Assembly (NCBI GenBank): GCA_036229005.1
Contig: JAZAMN010000071.1
Span: 160,001 to 224,000, forward strand
Direction: 5' to 3'
From: Myxococcota bacterium
GTDB lineage: Bacteria; Myxococcota_A; UBA796; CAJQPC01
DNA: 64,000 bases
The notes under the pieces: model-generated
What the model saw: the letters and a program-made list of their open reading frames with translations, nothing else
What the model was told of the DNA's origin: nothing
The model's database searches: none
Program-made: the position numbers and the translations under genes
Part shown: piece after piece, positions 19,245 to 28,596 of the stretch
How positions within the stretch are numbered: the stretch's first letter is position 1
Layout: each line of letters starts with the position of its first letter

Positions 19245-20210
19245 ATGCTCTTCGCCCTGACCCTGCTCGCCTGCGAGAAGGACGCCGTCGACGACACCGC
19301 CATCGGCGCGGACTGGGACGTCGAGCTCGAGATGGACAGCCGCGGCATGTTCATGTCGGTGTGGGGCGCCGCCTCCGACGACGTGTGGATCGTGGGTGGC
19401 CAGGAGGACCAGGGCCTGCTGCTTCGCGGCGCGCCCGGAGCCTGGGAGAGCGTGGCCCTGCCCGACGACACCCCCATGTTGACCTGGGTCAGCGGCCAGG
19501 CGGCGGACGATGTCTGGGTCGCCGGCCTGGGGGGCACCCTGCTGCACTGGGACGGCGCCAGCTTCACCGACCACAGCCAGCCCATCGAGGGCGCGTTCTG
19601 GGGCGTTCACCCCCTGGGCGACCAGGTCCTGGCCGTAGGCGGACAGTTCCGGCAGATCGGGGACGGCCCGGTCATGTACCGAATGGCTGAGGGGCAGTGG
19701 GAGGCTCTGGATCTACCCTCTGAGCTCAGCAGCATCGAGAGCCTCTTCAAGGTCTGGCGCGACGGCGAGGACTTCGTCAGCGTGGGCGCCGACGGCGTGT
19801 CCCTGCGCGTGACCCCGGACGGCCAGGTCACCGGCCTGCCCAGCGGCTCGAACAAGGACATGGTGACCGTCCACAGCCAGAACGGCGACACCCTTGTCGC
19901 GGTCGGCGGCCGCAGCTACGGCGCCGTCTGGGAGCTGGACGGGGACACCTGGAGCCAGACCGCGGAGACCAACGCCGGGCTCTCGGGCCTGTGGGACGTG
20001 GGCGATGGGCGCATCGTCTGCGTGGGCGAGCGCGGGATCGCCGGCATCTACGACCGGGAGTCCCAGAGCTTCACCGAGAACCACCCCTTCACCTCCCAGC
20101 TCCTGCACGCGGTCTGGGTGGACGACCAAGGCACCGTGATCGCGGTTGGAGGGGACTTTGTGAGCGATGAATTCACGGGTACCCTCGTGACATCCGATCG
20201 CCTGCTCTAG
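19245..20210 (+). CDS. Beta-propeller lipoprotein
   Basis: Repeats SVWG..DDVWIVGG, DDVWVAGLGG, LHAVW..VIAVGG; LLAC. Confidence 0.8.
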   Translation: MLFALTLLACEKDAVDDTAIGADWDVELEMDSRGMFMSVWGAASDDVWIVGGQEDQGLLLRGAPGAWESVALPDDTPMLTWVSGQAADDVWVAGLGGTLLHWDGASFTDHSQPIEGAFWGVHPLGDQVLAVGGQFRQIGDGPVMYRMAEGQWEALDLPSELSSIESLFKVWRDGEDFVSVGADGVSLRVTPDGQVTGLPSGSNKDMVTVHSQNGDTLVAVGGRSYGAVWELDGDTWSQTAETNAGLSGLWDVGDGRIVCVGERGIAGIYDRESQSFTENHPFTSQLLHAVWVDDQGTVIAVGGDFVSDEFTGTLVTSDRLL

Positions 20211-20219
20211 AGACTGCCC

Positions 20220-22523
20220 ATGACCTTCACGACCCTGCTCGTCCTCCTGGCCTGTCCCGGTCCCGAAGCGGAGCCCCAGCAGTGGGCCGACGTGTTCGTC
20301 GACGAGCCGGGTGATCCCGTCCCCTGGCTCGAGGGCGAGATGCTGGAGCGCTTCTGGGCGGGCAAGGAGGTCCTGGAGAGGCCCTTCACCCCGACCACCG
20401 GCCTGGGCCCCACCTTCAACACGGACTCCTGCGCCGGCTGCCACCAGTTCCCCACCGCCGGCGGCTCCGCGCCCCGCTACCGTGACTTCCACCTGGTGCA
20501 GACCGTCCGGGAGTTCGACGGGGCCAAGATCGACGCCGGCACCAACGGCTCCTCGCCGGTGCTGAACATCTACGCGACCCACGAGCTGGGCGGCTGCGTG
20601 CCCCCCGACCCCACCATCGCGCACTACTCCCGCCGCAGCGCCCCCAACGCGATCGGCATGGGCCTGCTGCACTTCGTGGCGGACGAGACCATCCTGGCCA
20701 ACGCCGACCCCGACGACACCGACGGCGACGGCATCAGCGGCAAGCCCAACTACGAGCAGGGGCGGGTGGGCCGCTTTGGCTACAAGTCCCAGGCCGCCGG
20801 CCTGGAGTCCTTCAACCGGGGCGCGGCCTTCAACCAGATGGGCGTGACCACCGACCCGCTGCACTACACCTTCCCGGAGTCCCCGCCCGACCCCCTGGCG
20901 GTCGAGGCCCAGGCCTCCCTGCTGCAGAAGCTGCTGCTGCCCGTGGCCTACGCCCAGGTCGCCGCCCCCGACGAGCCCACCGTCGACACGGACGCCGCGC
21001 CCGATCCCGAGATGTCCAACGACGACCAGCTCAACCTGCTGATCTACTCGACCTACATGGGCGTCCCGCGCTTCGCCGCCCGCGGCCCCGAGGCCCAGGC
21101 CGGCATGGCCCAGTTCGACGAGATGGGCTGCTCGGATTGCCATCTGCCCGCCCTGGAGAGCACCGTCGGACTGCTGCCGGTCTACAGCGATCTGCTGCTG
21201 CACGACATGGGCCCCGAGCTGGCGGACAGCATCGGCCCCGGCGCCGCCACCGGCGCCGAGTGGCGCACCCAGCCCCTGTGGAACGTCTCCCTGCACGGCC
21301 CCTTCCTGCACGACGGGCGGGCAGACACCCTGGAAGACGCCATCGCGCTGCACGGCGGCGAAGCCGAGGCCTCCCGCGACGCCTGGCTGGCCCTCAGCGA
21401 GGCCGAGCAGGCCGAGGTCGTGGCCTTCCTGCGCAGCCTGGGCGGCTGGGACCCCCAGGGTCACATCAAGCTCCGGGACACCCAGGACCTGCCCGAGACC
21501 GGCAGCGCCGGCGGCCCCGCGCGCGCGCTCAGCGACAGCGAACAGGCGCTCTGGCTGGCGGGTCGCTCCGCGTTCGAGGGCAGCTTCCAGGCCCCGGACG
21601 GTCTGGGCACGGACTTCAACGCCGATAGCTGCCGCGCCTGCCACCAGGACCCCGTGCTGGGCGGCGCGGGCGGCATCGACACCAGCGTCGTGCGCTACGG
21701 CTACTGGGACGACGAGACCGGCTTCCACGCCGGCGAGCGCAACGTGGTCATGCGCACCACCCTTCCCGGGAACGTCCCCCAGCTCATGCCCGACGACGCC
21801 AACGTCATCGAGCTGCGCCAGCCCCCCACCCTGCTGGGCATCGGCAGCATCGAGGCCATCCCCCAGTCCGCGATCGAGGCCAATGCAGACCCCGATGACC
21901 TCGACGGTGACGGGATCAGCGGCAAGTTGCGGGTGCTGGAGAGTGGGGCGGTGGGCCGCTATGGCTGGAAGGCCCAGATCCCCACCATCCCCGACTTTGT
22001 CGCCGACGCGATGCTCAACGAGCTGGGGGTCACCTCGGACCCCGCCATCTCCGAGTTCACGGCCGAAGACGACGACGAGATCGCTGACCCCGAGCTGCCC
22101 TCCGACCAGTTCGACGCGGTGTCCTTCTACCTGGTGAACCTCGCGCCCCCCGCGCGCAAGGAGAGCGCCGGCGAGCCCGATGTCGTGGCTGGCGAGTCCC
22201 TGTTCTCCCAGGTGGGCTGCGAGAGCTGTCACATGGTGCTGGCCGGGACCCCGCTGTACTCCGATCTGCTCCTCCACGACCTGGGCTACGCGCAGAGCAC
22301 GGTGGTCGATCAGGAGGGCGCGGCGGTGTTGCCCTGGGAGTTCAAGACCGCACCGCTCTGGGGTGTCTCCGACACGGCCCCCTACCTGCACGATGGTCGG
22401 GCGAGCACGCTCAGCGAGGCCATCGGGGAGCACGGCGGCGAAGCGCAGGCCACCCAGGACCGCTTCAACGCTCTGAGTGCGCAGGAGCAGGCGCAGATCC
22501 TGGCCTTCCTCGAGAGCCTCTGA
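20220..22523 (+). CDS. Di-heme oxidoreductase (DHOR/DUF1111-like) lipoprotein, tandem duplicated, four CxxCH
   Basis: CAGCH, CSDCH, CRACH, CESCH; twice GLG..FN.DSC, ADPDD.DGDGISGK, GR(F/Y)G(Y/W)K, YSDLLLHD, T.PLW, LHDGRA.TL..AI..HGGEA. Confidence 0.88.
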   Translation: MTFTTLLVLLACPGPEAEPQQWADVFVDEPGDPVPWLEGEMLERFWAGKEVLERPFTPTTGLGPTFNTDSCAGCHQFPTAGGSAPRYRDFHLVQTVREFDGAKIDAGTNGSSPVLNIYATHELGGCVPPDPTIAHYSRRSAPNAIGMGLLHFVADETILANADPDDTDGDGISGKPNYEQGRVGRFGYKSQAAGLESFNRGAAFNQMGVTTDPLHYTFPESPPDPLAVEAQASLLQKLLLPVAYAQVAAPDEPTVDTDAAPDPEMSNDDQLNLLIYSTYMGVPRFAARGPEAQAGMAQFDEMGCSDCHLPALESTVGLLPVYSDLLLHDMGPELADSIGPGAATGAEWRTQPLWNVSLHGPFLHDGRADTLEDAIALHGGEAEASRDAWLALSEAEQAEVVAFLRSLGGWDPQGHIKLRDTQDLPETGSAGGPARALSDSEQALWLAGRSAFEGSFQAPDGLGTDFNADSCRACHQDPVLGGAGGIDTSVVRYGYWDDETGFHAGERNVVMRTTLPGNVPQLMPDDANVIELRQPPTLLGIGSIEAIPQSAIEANADPDDLDGDGISGKLRVLESGAVGRYGWKAQIPTIPDFVADAMLNELGVTSDPAISEFTAEDDDEIADPELPSDQFDAVSFYLVNLAPPARKESAGEPDVVAGESLFSQVGCESCHMVLAGTPLYSDLLLHDLGYAQSTVVDQEGAAVLPWEFKTAPLWGVSDTAPYLHDGRASTLSEAIGEHGGEAQATQDRFNALSAQEQAQILAFLESL

Positions 22524-22565
22524 GGCGCCACCGATGCCCTGCCCCGGTGACCCCGGGGTGGGCGG

Positions 22566-24104
22566 CTACTCTTCCTCTCCGGCGATGGCCCGGCCGACGA
22601 TCGCAGCGAGCGCCTTGGCGTTGTAGGGCTTCTGCAGGAAGCGGGTCTGGGCGTCCCGGCGCAGGTCGCTGATGGCGTCCTGCTCGTTGAAGCCGCTGCT
22701 GAGGATGACCTGCAGCTCCTTGTCCAGCGAGCGCAGCAGGCCCAGGGCCTCCTGGCCGCCCATGCGGGGCATGGTCAGGTCCATCAGCACGACGTCGATG
22801 TTGGCGGTGGCCTTGAAGACCTCGACCGCCTCGTGGCCGTTGCTGGCTTCGATGACGTCGTAGCCGGCGTGCTTGAGCACGCGCTTGGCCAGCCCGCGCA
22901 CGATGTTGTCGTCGTCCACGATCAGCACGCGGCCCTTGGTGATGGGCTCGTCCTTTCGCGGCTCGCCGGCATCCAGCGCGGGGAGCAGCACCCGGAAGGT
23001 GGTGCCGAGCCCAGGCTCGCTGTACACCGCGATGGCGCCCTGGTGGCCCTTGACGATGCCCTGCACCGCCGAGAGGCCCAGGCCGTGCCCGTTGCTCTTG
23101 GTGGTGAAGAAGGGCTCGAAGATCTGGGCGACCACCTTGGTGTTCATGCCCGAGCCGTTGTCCGAGACCTCGATGAACACATAGCGCCCGGCGGACAGGT
23201 CCCCGGCGCCCATCTGGTCCAGGTAGGACGCGTCGACCACGACCTCCCCGCACTGGACGCGGACCAGCCCCTCTTCCTTGTCGATGGCCTGGATGGCGTT
23301 GGTGACCAGGTTGGAGAACACCTGCTGGAGCTGGGCGGCGTCGGCCTGCACCAAGGCCATGCCCTCTGGGAGCTTGTACTGCACCCGGACGTGGGAGGGG
23401 ACCTGGGAGCGCAGCAGCAGCCGGGTCTCCGAGAGCAGATCGGCGACGTCCAGCGGGCGCACCACGAAGCGTCCCTTTCCGGAGTAGGCCAGCATCTGCC
23501 GGGCCAGGTCGGAGGCGCGCTCGGCGGCGAGCTGCAGGTCGTCCAGGCACTCCATGGCGGGGTGGTCATTCTCGATGAGCTGGGCCGCGAAGGAGGCGTT
23601 GCCCAGGATGCCCACCAGCAGGTTGTTGAAGTCGTGGGCGATGCCCCCGGCCATCAGGCCCAGGCTGCGCAGGCGCTGACTCTCCATGGCCTGGGCCATC
23701 TGCTTCTCCCGCACCTGGTGCTGGGAGACGCGCACGCTGATGTCGGAGATGCTGGCCAGGACGTAGGTCTGCTCCCCCTCGGTGAAGGGGTTGAGCCCGA
23801 TCTCCACCGGGAAGCGGCTGCCGTCCCGTCGCACAGCGTGCAGATCCCGGCCCACCCCCATCGCCCGGCGCGAGGGGGCCTTGTGGAAGCCCTCCCGCAG
23901 CCCGACGTGCCGCTGCGCCATCTCTTTGGGGAGCAGATCTTCTACCCGAAGGCCCAGCAGCTCGCCGCCAAAGAGCTCGGCGGCCGCAGAGTTCTCAGCC
24001 ACGATGCAGCCACTCCGGTCAATCAGGAGCATCCCCAAGGGGCTCGCATCGAGCGCCAGTCGAAAGCCGGCGCTCTCCCAGAAGTGGGTCTCGTTGCCCG
24101 ACAT
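22566..24104 (-). CDS. Cytoplasmic PAS hybrid histidine kinase/response regulator (CckA-like)
   Basis: PAS domain, AHDFNN, NLVTNA, DNGSGM, FEPFFTTK, GLGLS, receiver LIVDDD/MDLTMP/KP. Confidence 0.93.
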   Translation of the reverse strand: MSGNETHFWESAGFRLALDASPLGMLLIDRSGCIVAENSAAAELFGGELLGLRVEDLLPKEMAQRHVGLREGFHKAPSRRAMGVGRDLHAVRRDGSRFPVEIGLNPFTEGEQTYVLASISDISVRVSQHQVREKQMAQAMESQRLRSLGLMAGGIAHDFNNLLVGILGNASFAAQLIENDHPAMECLDDLQLAAERASDLARQMLAYSGKGRFVVRPLDVADLLSETRLLLRSQVPSHVRVQYKLPEGMALVQADAAQLQQVFSNLVTNAIQAIDKEEGLVRVQCGEVVVDASYLDQMGAGDLSAGRYVFIEVSDNGSGMNTKVVAQIFEPFFTTKSNGHGLGLSAVQGIVKGHQGAIAVYSEPGLGTTFRVLLPALDAGEPRKDEPITKGRVLIVDDDNIVRGLAKRVLKHAGYDVIEASNGHEAVEVFKATANIDVVLMDLTMPRMGGQEALGLLRSLDKELQVILSSGFNEQDAISDLRRDAQTRFLQKPYNAKALAAIVGRAIAGEEE

Positions 24105-24189
24105 CTACCTTCCGCATGGTCGCCCAAGGCTATCCCAGAAGTCCGCTTTCATCGGGCTTCGCGACCGGAAAATCAGTCAATTGAAAGAT

Positions 24190-24837
24190 TCAGGCCGCTC
24201 GGACCGCGGCCATGAAGGCCGCCAGCTTCTCGGCGTCCAAAGCGTACTCTGGGCCAGATCGAACCCCGGTGCAGAGATCCAGGCCGTAAGGGCGCACGGT
24301 GCGGATGGCCTGCTGCACGTTGTGCGGCTTGAGCCCGCCGGCCAGCAGGACCGGGGTGTCCAGGGCCTGGACGATCTGCGCGGAGATGGACCAGTCGTGG
24401 GTGAGCCCAGTGCCCCCGAGCTGCCCGTTGGGCCCGCCCGTGTCCAGGACCAGGCAGTGCACGTGCTCCGCGAGCGCCCGGGCGGCCTCCAGGGACTCCG
24501 GTCCCGTGACGTGCACCGCCTTGAGGATGCGCACCCCGGGGAAGGCCCGGCGCAGGGCGGCCAGATCCTCCAGGGGGAAGCGGTCCACGATCTGCACGGT
24601 GTTGCAGCCGGTCAGCTCGAGCTGCCGGGCCACGGCCTCGGCGTCGGTCCGGGACGAGAGCAGGACGCTGTCCACCATGGGCGGGATGACCGCCGCGATC
24701 TCGGCGATGCGCTGCTCGGGGACGGGGCCCCAGCCAGTCGGCATCTCGGAGACCAGCCCCAGGGAGCGGGCGCCGTGGGAGATGGCCAGCCTGGCCTCGT
24801 CGATGGACTGGATGCAGCAGATCTTGACGGGCAGCAC
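24190..24837 (-). CDS. trpF: Phosphoribosylanthranilate isomerase
   Basis: VKICCI, LGGTGLTHDW, LLAGGLKPHNV, GLDLCTGV. Confidence 0.9.
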   Translation of the reverse strand: MLPVKICCIQSIDEARLAISHGARSLGLVSEMPTGWGPVPEQRIAEIAAVIPPMVDSVLLSSRTDAEAVARQLELTGCNTVQIVDRFPLEDLAALRRAFPGVRILKAVHVTGPESLEAARALAEHVHCLVLDTGGPNGQLGGTGLTHDWSISAQIVQALDTPVLLAGGLKPHNVQQAIRTVRPYGLDLCTGVRSGPEYALDAEKLAAFMAAVRAA

Positions 24838-24876
24838 GGGGGCTCCAAGGTGGGCCCCTGAGCTATCTGCAGACGA

Positions 24877-25764
24877 TCACCACCGCCAGAGCCGAACCCC
24901 GTCCGCGCAGCTCGCGAGCCAGGGCCCGGAGGGGGAGAAGGCGACCTGCTTGACCGCCTGCTGGTGCCCGGCGACCTTGCCGGGGCGGCCCCGGGTGACG
25001 CTGCCGTCCGAGAGGCGGGAGAAGGCGATCTCGCCGCTGCGGGTGCCCAGCGCGACCATCTCGCCCACCACGTGGACGTCGGCGGCGGTGAGGTCGTAGC
25101 TCATGACGGTCTGGGAGTCCTTGCCCTTCCAGACGGTGACGCCGCCCTCGGCCAGCCCCATGAGCAGGCCCTTTCCGCAGTAGCGCAGGCGGTGGGCGCT
25201 GGTGTGGGCGCGCGGCAGGGGCTTGCCGAAGGGCACCAGCTCCAGGCCCCCGGGGAGCACGCGGGCGTAGACCATGTGGCCGCGGGCGTCCTGCCCCAGC
25301 ACCACCTGATCGGGGAGCCGCAGGCGCTTTCGGCGGTCCAGCTCGGGCGTGGTGACCACCCCCAGGCGGCCGTCCAGGCTGCGGCCCAGGACCACCAGCC
25401 CGAGCTGATCGTGGGGGCGGGGGAACCAGAGCAGCTCGATCTCCGAGAGCAGGGGCAAGGGCATCTCGGCCAGGCGCTCGCCCTTGCGGGTCTCGTGGAT
25501 GGCGATGCCGATGCCGCGCTCCACCACCGCCAGCAGCTTTCCGTCCGGGGAGGCGCAGATGCGCGCGGGGTCCTGCACGGTCCCCTTGAGCTTGCGGGTT
25601 CCGTAGACCGGATCCACCTCGATCAGCGAGCCGTCCTGCGTGGCCACCAGTAGCTGCTCACGGCGCCCCAGCCAGCTCAGCGCGCGCGCCCCCTCCACCG
25701 GCGGCTGCAACACCGCCGTGATCGCGCCCCGCTCGTGGAGGAAGTGGGGGTTGGAGCCGTCCAT
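24877..25764 (-). CDS. WD40-repeat protein
   Basis: GHQQAVKQVAFSPSGPWLASCADGVRLW; ASPDGKLLAV. Confidence 0.75.
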   Translation of the reverse strand: MDGSNPHFLHERGAITAVLQPPVEGARALSWLGRREQLLVATQDGSLIEVDPVYGTRKLKGTVQDPARICASPDGKLLAVVERGIGIAIHETRKGERLAEMPLPLLSEIELLWFPRPHDQLGLVVLGRSLDGRLGVVTTPELDRRKRLRLPDQVVLGQDARGHMVYARVLPGGLELVPFGKPLPRAHTSAHRLRYCGKGLLMGLAEGGVTVWKGKDSQTVMSYDLTAADVHVVGEMVALGTRSGEIAFSRLSDGSVTRGRPGKVAGHQQAVKQVAFSPSGPWLASCADGVRLWRW

Positions 25765-25773
25765 GCCCCCAGT

Positions 25774-26385
25774 CTACACCGGCACGTGGGTGGAGGTGTC
25801 GGCCGGAGCGCTCTGCCCGCGCTGGAACTCCAGCAAGCCCTTGAGCACCAGGGCCTGGTACCAGGCGTCGTAGTCGGCGCGGTGCTTCTGCCCCATGTCC
25901 TCGGCGGGCAGGCCCAGGCGCTCGGCCAGGGTCTCCTTGCCGGTGTCCAGCCAGTGCAGATCCAGCACGCCCGCGGCCAGGGCCTTGGTGTCCAGGGCCT
26001 TGTAGCCAAAGGGGTTGTCCAGCTCCTCCGCCTTGTAGGCGTAGCTGACGAAGGACCAGTCAAAGGGCGCGTTGTGCCCCACGAACACGGCCTCGCTGCC
26101 GGGGGTGGCGTGCTCCTGCACCCAGTCCGTGAGCGCCAGCATCGCGTCCCGCCGCGTCATTCCGTCGCGCCGCAGGCGCTCCAGGTCCAGCCCGTTTACA
26201 GCCATCGCGCGGGCGTCGACCTTGGGCGCCTGGGGCTTCATCTCCAGGTAGAGCTGCGGGCCCAGTGCAAGGCTGCCACCCTCTCGCTCGTAGACCACCT
26301 GAGCACCGAGGCTGATCATGTCGAACAGACCAGGCACCGTCCCGGAGCACTCGATGTCGATACAGAACCACGTTGCGCGCGCCAT
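25774..26385 (-). CDS. DEDDh 3'-5' exonuclease
   Basis: CIDIECSG, VGHNAPFDW, HRADYDA. Confidence 0.88.
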   Translation of the reverse strand: MARATWFCIDIECSGTVPGLFDMISLGAQVVYEREGGSLALGPQLYLEMKPQAPKVDARAMAVNGLDLERLRRDGMTRRDAMLALTDWVQEHATPGSEAVFVGHNAPFDWSFVSYAYKAEELDNPFGYKALDTKALAAGVLDLHWLDTGKETLAERLGLPAEDMGQKHRADYDAWYQALVLKGLLEFQRGQSAPADTSTHVPV

Positions 26386-26415
26386 GACTCTCCCTCTCCC
26401 CCGGACCCCTGCACC

Positions 26416-27567
26416 ATGAAGCTGGCCGGCTCGATCCTGATGGGGCTGCTCGGACTGCTATTGGGCTGCGCCGCGCTGTGCACCCTGCTGGGCCTGGGGA
26501 CTCTGCGTCAGGCCCCCCCGAGCGCCGTCGCCCTGGCCGGCGTGGCCCTGCTCACCCTGCCCACCGCCGGGATCGCCAGCCTGATCAAGCCCCGCTGGGT
26601 GGGGGCCCTCTCCGGGGCCGTGCTCTGGCCGCTCGCCCTGCTGGTCGGCGTCCCGATCTTCTTCCCGGGGGAGCGGACCGAGGCCCTCTCCACGGGGCTC
26701 GCCACCCTCTCCGCCCCCTTCGGCGCCCGCGCATCCCAACGCGCTGCCGGCATCGGCGAGGTCATCGGTTCGTGGATGGGCCCCGAGCTGCTGGCCGGCC
26801 AGCCCCCCACCCCGCACGCCGCGCCGCAGGCCGCTCCGCCTCAGCCTGTCCTCGCCGTCACCCAGATCGCTACACCCCGCGCGGTCGAGCACGACCCCGA
26901 GAGTCTGGCCCTGCCGTACGAGGGCCAAGGTCGCTCCCTCCGTGTCCCCGTCGGGCTGGAGCAGGACGGGTTCGAGGTGGAGCGCTGGATGCTCTTTGAC
27001 ACGGGCGCCACCTACACGACCCTGACCACCCAGGCGCTGGCGGACCTGGGCGTGCGCATCCCCTCCGACGCGCCCCAGGCGACCCTGCACACGGCCAATG
27101 GCGTGACGACGGCGCCGCTGGTGCTGCTGGACCGGGTGTGGCTGGGGGGCTTCGCGGTGGAGAACGTGACCGTGGCGGTGTGTGACCTGTGCGGCTCGGA
27201 CACCAGCGCCGGGCTGCTGGGGCTGAACGTGAGCGGGCAGTTCACGGTGACCTTTGATCCGGGCGCCCAGATGCTGGAGCTCACCCCCCAGGCGGGCAAC
27301 CGCGAGCTGGATCTGTCGCACTGGGTCCACCTGCGAGGAACAGCGACCGGCTACCCCGACGGGCGCATCGAGGTGGAGACCGAAGCGGACAACCTCTCGG
27401 ACCACGACATCGCGCGGCTGGACGTGGAGATCGAGTGCGCGTCCGAGCGCTTCACGGCCACCCTGACGGACATCGAGCCGGGGGGGACCGGCCACACGCG
27501 GGTGCGGCTGCCGCGGGGCACGGAGTGTGACCCCTACGTGCTGCGGCTGCAGAGCGGGAGCTGGTAG
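26416..27567 (+). CDS. Membrane-anchored retropepsin-like aspartyl protease
   Basis: Three N-terminal TM segments; LFDTGATYT, TANG, GLLGLN; start reassigned to ATG 26416. Confidence 0.85.
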   Translation: MKLAGSILMGLLGLLLGCAALCTLLGLGTLRQAPPSAVALAGVALLTLPTAGIASLIKPRWVGALSGAVLWPLALLVGVPIFFPGERTEALSTGLATLSAPFGARASQRAAGIGEVIGSWMGPELLAGQPPTPHAAPQAAPPQPVLAVTQIATPRAVEHDPESLALPYEGQGRSLRVPVGLEQDGFEVERWMLFDTGATYTTLTTQALADLGVRIPSDAPQATLHTANGVTTAPLVLLDRVWLGGFAVENVTVAVCDLCGSDTSAGLLGLNVSGQFTVTFDPGAQMLELTPQAGNRELDLSHWVHLRGTATGYPDGRIEVETEADNLSDHDIARLDVEIECASERFTATLTDIEPGGTGHTRVRLPRGTECDPYVLRLQSGSW

Positions 27568-27570
27568 GCG

Positions 27571-28002
27571 CTACTGGATGACGACGCTGCGGGTCACCAG
27601 GTTCTCCGGGCTGCCGTCGCGGGCGCTGCGGGAGTAGACCTCGACCTTGGCGGGGCCGGGGGTGACCGGGACGGAGAGCTCGAACTCGCCAAAGTCGGGG
27701 GCGGCCGCCACGAGCACCGTGGCGTCGGTCAGCACCTCGTCGCCGCGGGTGACCCGGACGGTGAGGTGGCCCTCGAAGACCTGGGCGGCGCCCGCGACCA
27801 CGAGCTGCTCACCGGAGATCACCGCGCCCTCGGCGGGCTGGGTGAGCGCGATGGGCGTGGCCGGGGGCTGCCGCTCGAGCTCCTGGACCTGGGCCTCGCC
27901 CACCGGACCCGACTCCAGCGCCACCTGGGGCAGCTCGGGGACGGGCTCGGGGGTCTCTGCGACCGGGGGAGTGCCCGCGCAGGCCAGGAGCAGCAGGATC
28001 AT
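27571..28002 (-). CDS. Lipoprotein with Gmad2 Ig-like domain
   Basis: MILLLLAC; GAAQVFEG..GEFELSV..SARDGS; ATGA overlap with upstream gene. Confidence 0.8.
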   Translation of the reverse strand: MILLLLACAGTPPVAETPEPVPELPQVALESGPVGEAQVQELERQPPATPIALTQPAEGAVISGEQLVVAGAAQVFEGHLTVRVTRGDEVLTDATVLVAAAPDFGEFELSVPVTPGPAKVEVYSRSARDGSPENLVTRSVVIQ

Positions 28003-28523
28003 GCGCCGAAGCTCGCGGGGGGCTTCCAGGCGGCGTCCAGGGCCTCGGTGGCGACCCACAGCATCATGAAGATCATGCCGGCCTTGGTGGGGTCGACGTC
28101 GACCTCGCCCTCCTGCTTGTCCTCGTCGCTGCGCTCGAACAGGGCCCACAGGGCCTCGTCCAGGATGTGGGGCTGGGCGCGGTCCTCGATGGCGCGGACG
28201 CGCTCGGGGAACTCCTTGTCGAAGGGCAGGAGCTGGTCGACCACGCCCTGGACCTTGGCGGCGGCGGCGTTGATCTGCTTGCCGTTGACCTTGGACAGGC
28301 GGCCGCCCATCTGGTCGAAGATGCGGACGACGACGGAGAAGAGGTAGAGGCTGACCTCGCCCGTCTGCGCGTCGATGGCCGGCAGGTTCTGGTTGTAGAA
28401 GCTCAGCAGGCGCTTCTGCTCCTTGAGCAGGCGGGTGGCGATGGCGCGGAAGCGCTCGCCGTCCTCGGCGCAGGCCTCGGAGAGGGTGTGGACGGTGTCC
28501 CGATCGATCGCGGCGTTGGCCAT
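27999..28523 (-). CDS. Hypothetical helical protein
   Basis: GGAG RBS, strong codon bias, no recognisable motif. Confidence 0.75.
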   Translation of the reverse strand: MANAAIDRDTVHTLSEACAEDGERFRAIATRLLKEQKRLLSFYNQNLPAIDAQTGEVSLYLFSVVVRIFDQMGGRLSKVNGKQINAAAAKVQGVVDQLLPFDKEFPERVRAIEDRAQPHILDEALWALFERSDEDKQEGEVDVDPTKAGMIFMMLWVATEALDAAWKPPASFGA

Positions 28524-28596
28524 GGTGGGCTCCAAGTCAGGGCGCACGCCAATAGCTTGGGCGGGGACGCTCAGCCACCCGGCGCGCGCCCTCCGC

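Noticed and set aside
26416..27567. Retropepsin as a sign of a retroelement
   Set aside because: Membrane-anchored bacterial clan AA protease; no RT or integrase adjacent.
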